Shown: positions 1 through 7,396, numbered from the stretch's first letter. The stretch: 14,506 nt of DNA from PVC group bacterium (GCA_043804695.1 JAZDIV010000096.1:1-14506), one strand, 5' to 3'. The notes: generated by a model not told the origin, from the sequence alone. Made by a program: numbers and translations.

Positions 1-1904
1 TCGATGGCGCTGATCCAGACCTTCGGCTCCTTATCCTTGAAGTCCGGCGCGACCACCTCGAACTTTTTCGAGAGCGCCGTCTTCGACGGGAAGCCCGGGG
101 CTTTTACCTTCGCCTCCAGGCAGTAGGAGCCCGCGGGCAGGGTCGTAGACAGCGTCAGCGTCTTCAGGTAGTAGTGTATTCCCAGGAAGTACTTTTGCGC
201 TTCCTCTGTTCCTTCCACCTCGATCCATGTCCCTTTCGGACCGGTCTCCGGCACCAGGCGCCACTGTATCCAGTCGATCTTAGGTCCCGCGCTGGCGTTG
301 ATCGTGAAGTAGATCGCCTGGCCCGGGAAGTAGGTGTCCAGGTCGGTGAAAATGCTCACGACGGGCGGTATTGCTTTCTCCTTGACCGTGAACCAGCACT
401 CCGCCTCAAAGAGCGCGCCGGCGGAGCAGGGGAAGGCTGTCGCGCGGGCGGTATATTCGCCGGGAGGGAGGTTAAAATAATTGTGTGTGAATAACTTGCT
501 CTCCTCCCAGCAGCCTTCGGGTGCCGTGGCTTCCCACGCCTGGGGAGAATAGGCGGTTCCCTGGCTGTCTTCCAGGGACAGTTCCACTTTTTCAATCCCC
601 TGGCCGCAGGGGTCCAATGTTTGAACGGTCAGAGTGACCGGCTCCCCTCCCTCGTAACTCAGCTTGTCCGGCCAGGTCTTGACCTGGGGAGGTGATTCGG
701 GATTGTCGCCGTCCGAGTAGCGGATATAGTACATTTCGTTGAAATAATTCCACCAGTTCAGGTGCGGCCTGTCTTGGCTGTCGAGGGCGAGATGTAATGA
801 GGTTTGCGGCTCGGCGGTGAGGGGGACGAGGGGATAGCCTTCTTCTTCCCCTTCCGAGTCATACCAGGTAGTGCCGTCCAGCACGATATAACAGATTTGG
901 TGATCCCAGCCGGGAACACAGCTGATGACGTGAAGGCGGTCCTCCGAATCGCAGGCCACGTTCAAGTAGTAGCCAATGGGTCCCTGGATAATCAGGGATT
1001 CCTGGCCGTATCCGTCGCCGTCGGTCCACTCCTCGCCGTTCCAGCAAAGATAGGCGGCCGCGGTGCCGGTCGGGTTGCCGATGATATGGGGATGATCGAG
1101 CGAATCCAGGACGAAGGCTATTTCCCAGTACCCATTGTTCGTCAACTCCATTATCGGCTCGAATGGTCCGCCCCCCAGCATGGACCATTCTCCCTGGTCG
1201 AAGTATAGATGGTAGACCCGGTTATCGTAATCGCTGAAGACCAGGTGGGGGCGGTCCTGGCTGTCGAGAAGCATCCGGAGGTCATAAATCTCAAAAGGGA
1301 TGAAGATTTGCTCGGTAAACTCCGGGAGCTGGTTCCAGGCTTCCCCGTCCCAGTAGAGATACTGGTACTGGGAGCCCGGTCCATTCAGCATGATATGGGG
1401 GCGGTCCTGGGAGTCGAGCCGGAACCCTTCCGGGACGATATTGTAGGGCCCGGTCTCGATCCCGGCGCTCTCCTGTCCGATCCCGTCCGCGTCCACCCAC
1501 TCCACTCCGTTATAATAAAGGTAGGAGTAATTATGCGGGTTGCTTTCATGCAGCATGAGCAGATGCGGCCGGTCCTGGGAATCGATCCTCACCAGGGGAT
1601 CTATGGCGTAGGGGGAGGCGATCACATCCTCTTCCCATCCCTGGCAGGGGATATAGTGACTGTAGTGGATGCCGTCCGCGTAAGAGTCGAAGACGATGTG
1701 GGGCGACCCCTGCGAATCGAGGGCGAACCCCCACCAATCGTCCGGCGAGATGGAAGAGAGCAGCGCGCTCTCCAAACCCTCCCCGTCCGCGTCCACCCAC
1801 TCCGCCGGAGCATTGACCGCCCCGAGGAGAGAGATAAATGTAACCATTATGAGTATCACGGTTTTTCTCAAGAACGGTTTGACAGAGATATTTAATTTCT
1901 TCAC
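1..1904 (-). CDS. Secreted 7-bladed beta-propeller protein with C-terminal tandem Ig/macroglobulin(MG2)-like domains (3'-partial, >=634 aa)
   Basis: Hand translation: GTG at 1904 after a strong RBS (AAAGGAGGAGAG), open to the window edge with no stop. N-terminus MKKLNISVKPFLRKTVILIMVTFISLLGAVNAPA is a Sec signal peptide. Seven (L/I/C)DSxxxxH repeats follow (LDSQGSPH, IDSQDRPH, LDSQDRPH x3, LDSLDHPH, CDSEDRLH), then two ~105-aa beta-sandwich units (PDKLSYEGGEPVTLTV; TDLDTYFPGQAIYFTI). Absent from the supplied ORF track. Confidence 0.88.
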   Translation of the reverse strand, partial: MKKLNISVKPFLRKTVILIMVTFISLLGAVNAPAEWVDADGEGLESALLSSISPDDWWGFALDSQGSPHIVFDSYADGIHYSHYIPCQGWEEDVIASPYAIDPLVRIDSQDRPHLLMLHESNPHNYSYLYYNGVEWVDADGIGQESAGIETGPYNIVPEGFRLDSQDRPHIMLNGPGSQYQYLYWDGEAWNQLPEFTEQIFIPFEIYDLRMLLDSQDRPHLVFSDYDNRVYHLYFDQGEWSMLGGGPFEPIMELTNNGYWEIAFVLDSLDHPHIIGNPTGTAAAYLCWNGEEWTDGDGYGQESLIIQGPIGYYLNVACDSEDRLHVISCVPGWDHQICYIVLDGTTWYDSEGEEEGYPLVPLTAEPQTSLHLALDSQDRPHLNWWNYFNEMYYIRYSDGDNPESPPQVKTWPDKLSYEGGEPVTLTVQTLDPCGQGIEKVELSLEDSQGTAYSPQAWEATAPEGCWEESKLFTHNYFNLPPGEYTARATAFPCSAGALFEAECWFTVKEKAIPPVVSIFTDLDTYFPGQAIYFTINASAGPKIDWIQWRLVPETGPKGTWIEVEGTEEAQKYFLGIHYYLKTLTLSTTLPAGSYCLEAKVKAPGFPSKTALSKKFEVVAPDFKDKEPKVWISAI

Positions 1905-1967
1905 CTCTCCTCCTTTATATTTTGAGGGGTATAATTTCGGTCGGCAGGATATTATTGCCTTAATAAT

Positions 1968-1996
1968 TACAATGCGAAAACCGGTTAATCCTTCCC
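1968..1996 (-). promoter_or_regulatory. Putative ECF sigma promoter (GGGAAGGA-N12-CGCATTGTA)
   Basis: Minus strand reads GGGAAGGA TTAACCGGTTTT CGCATTGTA, ending ~63 nt upstream of the GTG at 1904. The same motif occurs at 7397-7425 (-) and 7508-7536 (+). Confidence 0.7.
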
Positions 1997-2024
1997 GGTT
2001 TTCTTGGGATTGAGGGCAGGTGGA

Positions 2025-2147
2025 GAGATTGCTTCGTCGCTGTGCTTCTCGCAATGACGATAAGGGACCAGGGATTGCTTCGTCGCTGCGCTCCCCGCAA
2101 AGACAGGAATGAGGAGATTGCTTCGTCGCTACAATTCTCGCAATGAC
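2025..2147. repeat. Three tandem 34-bp REP-like palindromic repeats (GAGATTGCTTCGTCGCT-N-CTCGCAATGAC)
   Basis: Units 2025-2058 GAGATTGCTTCGTCGCTGTGCTTCTCGCAATGAC, 2071-2104 GGGATTGCTTCGTCGCTGCGCTCCCCGCAAAGAC, 2114-2147 GAGATTGCTTCGTCGCTACAATTCTCGCAATGAC. Spacers are 12 and 9 bp; internal TTGC...GCAA inverted repeat. Units 1 and 3 end TGAC-G (CGTC tag on the minus strand). Confidence 0.9.
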
Positions 2148-2251
2148 GGTAGAATTATAGAGAGTCCCTCGACTGCCGTAGTTCCTTCGCTCCGCTCAGG
2201 ACTCCCTTCAGTCGCCTCTGGAAGAAAAGGGGGATCGCTAAGTTGTATCAA

Positions 2252-4417
2252 TCACCTGCCGCGTCCCCCCATCCCTGTGGGGGAGGGAAGGGATGTGACG
2301 ACATCCTGGGCGGGGTATTTTGGATAGTGGTCGACCATCCGGCCGGAAATCTTCACCGATTTCGGCGGCGCCGGCGAGTTGTACGCCTTCGGCGGCCAGC
2401 CCGGGAAGGTGTAATGCATCTTGGTCGACGCGCTCGGTTTCCCGGGTCCCAGTTCCACCACCGCCGGTTCGAACCAGGCTTCGACGCCGCCCCCGCGCGC
2501 GGCGCAGGAAAACTCAACCTGGTAGTACTCGGGGTTGATTGCCTGGTTTTGGACCAGGATCGTCATCTCCTGCGCGGCCGGGTTCTTGCTCGCAACCGAG
2601 AGCGTGTACGCCGGCAGGATTGTCACGTCCATGCCGCACTCGTGCTCGATATATCCAATATATGCCGGGTCGGCGTATGCTTTGAACGCGGCCTCGCGGA
2701 TGCCGGGGGTGATGTCCCAGTCGGTTGTGAAATGGAACAGGGTCTTGAATTCCTCCATGCCCCCGTAAGAGGCGATTGGAAACACGTAGCCTCCCGGGGA
2801 GACTGTCATCCCCTCGGGAAGGTTTTTCTTAAAAACGTGCACCACGAGGTTGATTCCCTTGAGAAGTTTCGCCGTCAGAGTGGCGTCGAAATCTCCCCCC
2901 GGCGGGATTGTTGCGGAAGAAGGAGCAAGTGAGACGCTGAAGTCGGGCTTAACCACCTTGACATTCAGAACGCACTCTTTCTCCCATCCACAGCGGGTCC
3001 CGACCAGCTTGAGGTGGTAATCCCCCGGAGGGACCCAGGGGGATACATAAATATTGAAGAACGCGGACTCCGGATTGTCTACCCCCTCAAGTTCCATGGT
3101 GAGACCGTCGTTGATGCCGGATACGGAGATATAATAGACGGGCTCGACCCAGCCTTCCGCCTGGAGCTCGATATTGAGGAAACTCGATTCAGTGCCCGTA
3201 ATGATCTGTCCGAAAATCTCGACGGTCTTTTCCGTGCCGAGCGTTATCTCCACGGGTGGCGCCCAGACCATGAAGTCGGGTGGATCCGGCATGATCCGCA
3301 GGGTCGGGTCCCCGATAAATACCAGGTCGAAGGCGTCCCCCTGGGAGTACTTATCCTTGAGAATATCCCCCCAGTCTCCCCCGGCCGTTTCGGCTATACT
3401 GCAGAAAGGCGCCTCCAGATTATCCAGGCACGGCCGCACGCAGGAGGCGGCGATCAGGCCGTAGTCGCTGCCGAAGATATAGCTCCCGGCCAGGTAGTCT
3501 TCTTTCGTGAAATCCCCGGCCGAACAGCAGTGAAGCCAGAAGAAGTGAGCCCGCGGGTTGGTTTCCGCTATATCGGCCGAAGTGGCCTCCGTGTCGGGGA
3601 TATCCGGATAATCCTGGTTAAACACATGAGATTCGGCCGAGGAGTGACAGTTCAGGAAGATAGTTTCAAATCCGTATTCGAGCATGTCCAGGTATTTGTA
3701 GGCACTCATCTGGTATGGCTTATTGATGACTACCATATCCTGATAAACGGCGCCGGCCTGTTGATCGAAGCTGATATCGGTAAGATCGGAGCTCCCCTCA
3801 ACATTCTGGATCATCAGTCCCTCCTTGTGAAGGAGCTGGTCGAATTTTCCCGTCCGGTAGTCGATGTTCTTGTTGAAATATTGCTGGAGAAGAGTTATAT
3901 CATCCTCCCCTTCCCCCGAATTCGGTGTGAGACGCCCGATCCAGATATCCATCTGGACGGTGCTTTTGGGCCCGACGGTCTCAAAGACTCCGTCACCGTC
4001 CTTGTCAAACCCGTAGAAGTTCATCTTCATGTAGAAGGATTCCAGGGGGTAGGGGGGATATTCCGGGGGGCACCCCCAGCACGAAAGCCCCTGGCTGAAT
4101 GAGCAGAGCGGCGCCGGGATATCACCCACGAAGATTGCGCCCGCCATGGGGGGCCATCCCTGTTCGTATTTCTCCTTGAGATAGTCTTTTACCTGATCGT
4201 GGTCCTGCCAATCCCCGGACACGATGGTGACGGTGTATCTGCCTTCCCCTTCAACCACCGTCTTCCAGACGGTGAGATGGTTCTGGAGACACGGAAAAAT
4301 ATCTTCTTGGACAAGAACATAAACCCTTTCCTTTTGAGCCGCCTCGCCGTTCAGGGCGAAGATCAGGACCATGACCGGAACTCCCAGAATGATATATTTC
4401 AAGCGCGATTTTTTCAT
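2252..4417 (-). CDS. Secreted peptidase family C25 (gingipain-like, clan CD) cysteine protease with C-terminal Ig-like domains
   Basis: 721 aa; RBS AAGGAGGAG; signal peptide. C25-like motifs in order: AIFVGDIP, DIWIGRLTP, YFNKNIDY, FLNCHSS (His258), FWLHCCSAGDF (Cys298), FIGDPTL. About three beta-sandwich units follow (PDFMVWAPP, PDFSVSLAPSSATIPPG, AYTLSVAS). DKDGDGVFE resembles a Ca-binding loop. Confidence 0.8.
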   Translation of the reverse strand: MKKSRLKYIILGVPVMVLIFALNGEAAQKERVYVLVQEDIFPCLQNHLTVWKTVVEGEGRYTVTIVSGDWQDHDQVKDYLKEKYEQGWPPMAGAIFVGDIPAPLCSFSQGLSCWGCPPEYPPYPLESFYMKMNFYGFDKDGDGVFETVGPKSTVQMDIWIGRLTPNSGEGEDDITLLQQYFNKNIDYRTGKFDQLLHKEGLMIQNVEGSSDLTDISFDQQAGAVYQDMVVINKPYQMSAYKYLDMLEYGFETIFLNCHSSAESHVFNQDYPDIPDTEATSADIAETNPRAHFFWLHCCSAGDFTKEDYLAGSYIFGSDYGLIAASCVRPCLDNLEAPFCSIAETAGGDWGDILKDKYSQGDAFDLVFIGDPTLRIMPDPPDFMVWAPPVEITLGTEKTVEIFGQIITGTESSFLNIELQAEGWVEPVYYISVSGINDGLTMELEGVDNPESAFFNIYVSPWVPPGDYHLKLVGTRCGWEKECVLNVKVVKPDFSVSLAPSSATIPPGGDFDATLTAKLLKGINLVVHVFKKNLPEGMTVSPGGYVFPIASYGGMEEFKTLFHFTTDWDITPGIREAAFKAYADPAYIGYIEHECGMDVTILPAYTLSVASKNPAAQEMTILVQNQAINPEYYQVEFSCAARGGGVEAWFEPAVVELGPGKPSASTKMHYTFPGWPPKAYNSPAPPKSVKISGRMVDHYPKYPAQDVVTSLPSPTGMGGRGR

Positions 4418-4439
4418 GCCGCTCCTCCTTCTGATGACT

Positions 4440-4490
4440 TAACCTGGATTATTCATGAAGATTGAAAATTTTCATGAATAATCCAGGTTA
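4440..4490. repeat. 51-bp palindrome (perfect 20-bp arms TAACCTGGATTATTCATGAA / TTCATGAATAATCCAGGTTA), possible miniature inverted-repeat element
   Basis: Arms 4440-4459 and 4471-4490 are exact reverse complements, and the 11-nt middle can pair further. It lies ~10 nt upstream of the peptidase RBS. Confidence 0.85.
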
Positions 4491-4700
4491 CTAATTGTCG
4501 TTCAATGTATTATGAATAGAGATCTTGTTTATACGGCGACAGCACTCTGCTTTTTCTTCTCCGAAAGGACAACGTGTTATTCTTCCTGTTAGCACTGCCG
4601 GCAGAAGCAGACCTTTGGCTGTAATTCATTGCCAAAGAATTCGATAAAATTAATATCTTTTCATGTGGCTGTTCATTTAAGCTTGGTCGTGGTTTAAAAC

Positions 4701-4728
4701 TAACCCGATTTATGAATAAATCGGGTTA
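4701..4728 (-). terminator. Palindrome TAACCCGATTTAT-GA-ATAAATCGGGTTA, probable terminator of the 864-aa gene
   Basis: Perfect 13-bp arms starting 4 nt after the TAG at 4733-4735, followed on the minus strand by GTTTT. Sequence-related to the 4440-4490 palindrome. Confidence 0.55.
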
Positions 4729-4732
4729 ATCC

Positions 4733-7327
4733 CTAATCGAACAGCATCTTCTCCCAGTGTGCCGAGGCGGTCGCCTCTTCGCCGTTGGCGTCCTCGATCC
4801 AGGCCTCGACATCCACCTTGACCGGGGCTACCCAGGGTTCCCCGCCGGGATTCGGGAAGACCACCTCGTATTCATATCTATCTCCCCAGGTCTTCTCCGC
4901 GTAGGGAAAGGTGCAGGAGTTTTCTCCGGGATCGCAGAGGTTCGGTAACCACTGTTCGTCGCAGCTGTATTCCGTGAAGATGGCAGGATCCGCGTTGGGA
5001 TAGTAGAGCATCCTCTTGCCGTCGATCTCTTGCCCGTTGATCGTGCATTTCATCGAGGTCAGGTAGCTTCCCGAAGCGGAATACGCCTTGACCCGGTAAA
5101 CCAGGAAATGAGCCTGGCCCAGTGTCACCTCTTTGCCCTGGTAGTTCCCGGTCTGGCCCCCTTCCGTTTTCGGCACCTCTTCTCCATTCGCGTTCTCCAT
5201 CATCACCGGTTCAATGAAGACGAAGACATTGATTTTTTCGGGGGGTATGAAACCGGTTCCCCCGTCCCCTCCCGGCCCGGGACCCACATCTTCTCCCTGG
5301 CAGTAGAGATCATGCACCTCGGCGCAGGATTTGCAGCCGATCGTCCATCCGCAATCGTTGTCGATCTCCGGGTTGGCCCACCACCGGTAATTGTCGGTTG
5401 CCATCACCATCCGGAAATATATCTCGTTCACCCCGAACCTTCGATCCTGCCAGACTACCCCGTAAACCCCCGCGCCGGCTCCGTAAATGTCTCCCGACCA
5501 GGCCATTGAGGGGAAACAGGAGAACTTGTCTCCATCATCGACGCGGGCCAGGTTGAACCCGCCGGGAAAGCACTCCAGGTTCGGGGAAGTCTTCAGCCCT
5601 CCCGAGAAGTCGCGCAGAGTGAAGATAAGTTCCCCTTCCCAGCCGTCCTGCATGTCCCATTTATGGGTCAGCACGCCCAGGCCGTTCCCATGGCAGCCGA
5701 CGGCGGGGGTGACCAGCTCGCTGTTCCCAGCGTACAGGCAGGCCGGGGAGGAGGTGGCCGGGATGATGTAATTGGGGTCATAACGCTGCAGGTACTGAGA
5801 ACCCTGTTCTTCCCAGGTGAGGATCAGCCAGTCCTCTCCCCGTTCGACCCACCATTCTTTCTCTTCATCCACCGGATCAGGGACGGCCACCTCTTCCATC
5901 CGCGTCCGGATCAGTTTCGGCCGCACGGCGCCCAGGGTATATCCCCCCTCGGGAGATTGAGCGTCGGAAGCCTTTATCTCGGGCCCGACGACCAGGTCGC
6001 CGTCGATCCGGCGGAGATAGATATTGTTGGGAAGAGGTTCGCGCCGGTCCTGGTAGGCAACCGCGTATCCGTCGTCATTGGCAGCAAGCGACGGGGGCCC
6101 TCCCCAGGGGTCCTTGAGGCCCGTGGTTATTTTTTTATTGTAGGGAAGGCTGGCGACCCACTTAGCAGAGAAAGGGCCATTATCCAGGAACATTTCGTTA
6201 AAGAAGAGGCCTTCCTTCTGGACGCCGTTCTCCTTCCGGCTCTCCAGCCAGATCAGGCCGAAGGTCCCCCTGTTCTCATTCCAGCTCAGCGCCGGCTTGT
6301 CGGCGGTATCCGAAATATAGGGGTCGGTAATCCGGAGCGGATCGTTGTAAATTAATTGGCCGGAAGCTCCATCCACGACATGGGCATAGATCTGATGAAA
6401 GAAAGCGCACGGGGTCGGGGGGACTACCGAGATAGCCGGGCTCAGGCTGAAGTTGACGGCGTTTTTGTCGCCGTTAGTGGCGTGGGCGATCGCCGCAAAA
6501 CAGTAGTAGTCGTACGGTTCGGTTAGCGTTTCGGAGACAATCTTCTCTTCCTCGGTACCGAAGTAACCGGAAAATATCTTGGTCTCGGCCCAGGCCCCGG
6601 GCCCGATAATGAGGGCGTACTCTATCTTGTTGATGGTGGACCCGGGTGAACATTCGGCGTGGATGGTGAGGTTGACCGTGTCTTCCGTAATAAGGGTGGT
6701 CTTATTGGGGATGATCCCCACCTTGACCCAGGGATTTCCCCCGTTTCGATCCCGGTCGGAACCCCTCTCCTTTTCTCTCTCTCCCCTTCCGGGGCGATCT
6801 TCCTCACGCCGTTCCTCGGGGCGGGCGCCGGAAGGTTCTCCACGCTGATTTTGGTAATCCCCTTGGTAATACTCCATGATACAGTCGCGCGAATCGGTCC
6901 AGGCGATTAAATAGGCATTGTAGAGCGGTGACCAGGCGATCACCGGATCTTTGGCGTCGCTGACCCCATTGGAGATGAGGATATCTTCGTCTACTTTTTG
7001 CCCGGCCGTGTTCGCCCGGGTGAAGTAGACCTGGCTGGTCATGCCCTCCATCTCCTGCCAGACGATGCCGAACTCCTGGTTGGCGGCGTTGTAGGCGATG
7101 TTCGGACTGATCGATTCCCCGGCGGTCTCCGTGAGCCGGAGTTCCCAGCCGAGGTTGGCGGCGTTGGCGAATGGCTTGAGCTCGAAGCATTTGGCTATCT
7201 TCTTTTTCGCCGCGTCTCCCATCTCCGCCCGGGCCCGGCTATCCGAGATAGCGCCGGCCGCGCACAGAATGATGAGCGGAATGAAAATATGTCTCAGACA
7301 CCTATTGATCGCGGTTGTTTTTTTCAT
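4733..7327 (-). CDS. Secreted beta-propeller protein with an inserted Ig-like domain and a C-terminal beta-sandwich region (hypothetical)
   Basis: 864 aa; RBS GGAGGT; signal peptide ending ARA. Repeated blade motif P-x-(I/L)-A-(W/Y)...(F/Y)-G-(I/V)-V-W-Q-(D/E)...(I/V)-Y (FGIVWQE..QVYF, YLIAWTDSRD..QIYA, FGLIWLESR, YAVAYQDRR..NIYL, YGVVWQDRR..EIYF). Confidence 0.8.
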   Translation of the reverse strand: MKKTTAINRCLRHIFIPLIILCAAGAISDSRARAEMGDAAKKKIAKCFELKPFANAANLGWELRLTETAGESISPNIAYNAANQEFGIVWQEMEGMTSQVYFTRANTAGQKVDEDILISNGVSDAKDPVIAWSPLYNAYLIAWTDSRDCIMEYYQGDYQNQRGEPSGARPEERREEDRPGRGEREKERGSDRDRNGGNPWVKVGIIPNKTTLITEDTVNLTIHAECSPGSTINKIEYALIIGPGAWAETKIFSGYFGTEEEKIVSETLTEPYDYYCFAAIAHATNGDKNAVNFSLSPAISVVPPTPCAFFHQIYAHVVDGASGQLIYNDPLRITDPYISDTADKPALSWNENRGTFGLIWLESRKENGVQKEGLFFNEMFLDNGPFSAKWVASLPYNKKITTGLKDPWGGPPSLAANDDGYAVAYQDRREPLPNNIYLRRIDGDLVVGPEIKASDAQSPEGGYTLGAVRPKLIRTRMEEVAVPDPVDEEKEWWVERGEDWLILTWEEQGSQYLQRYDPNYIIPATSSPACLYAGNSELVTPAVGCHGNGLGVLTHKWDMQDGWEGELIFTLRDFSGGLKTSPNLECFPGGFNLARVDDGDKFSCFPSMAWSGDIYGAGAGVYGVVWQDRRFGVNEIYFRMVMATDNYRWWANPEIDNDCGWTIGCKSCAEVHDLYCQGEDVGPGPGGDGGTGFIPPEKINVFVFIEPVMMENANGEEVPKTEGGQTGNYQGKEVTLGQAHFLVYRVKAYSASGSYLTSMKCTINGQEIDGKRMLYYPNADPAIFTEYSCDEQWLPNLCDPGENSCTFPYAEKTWGDRYEYEVVFPNPGGEPWVAPVKVDVEAWIEDANGEEATASAHWEKMLFD

Positions 7328-7396
7328 CGAGTACCTCCGTAGTTCGGTGGGTAACCGGTTTTTATCGGCAAGGAACAGGTTCGCATCTTTTGATAG

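Noticed and set aside
1482..1803. Diversity-generating retroelement template/variable repeat pair
   Set aside because: The repeat is only 22 bp, both copies are in frame within one gene, there is no adenine-specific mismatch pattern, and no reverse transcriptase is in the window.
2025..2147. CRISPR array
   Set aside because: Spacers are only 9-12 bp, the repeats vary internally, there are no cas genes, and a solitary inverted copy lies 12 kb away. This fits a REP-like family.
4589..4597. CIRCE/HrcA operator (TTAGCACTG)
   Set aside because: Only one imperfect half-site; no inverted partner 9 nt away.
4491..4700. Small gene in the AT-rich spacer
   Set aside because: On the minus strand I found only a ~39-codon ATG frame with no RBS or recognisable features, and the track lists nothing here.
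5300..5353. Heme c binding motif in CGWTIGCKSCAEVHDLYC
   Set aside because: It reads CxxCA, not CxxCH; more likely a small disulfide or metal knot.
6392..6883. Intein in the 864-aa protein (insert starts with Cys and is followed by ...FFHQ)
   Set aside because: The residue after HQ is Ile, not C/S/T; there is no block B TxxH or Hint-like pattern; and QIY matches the normal blade strand.
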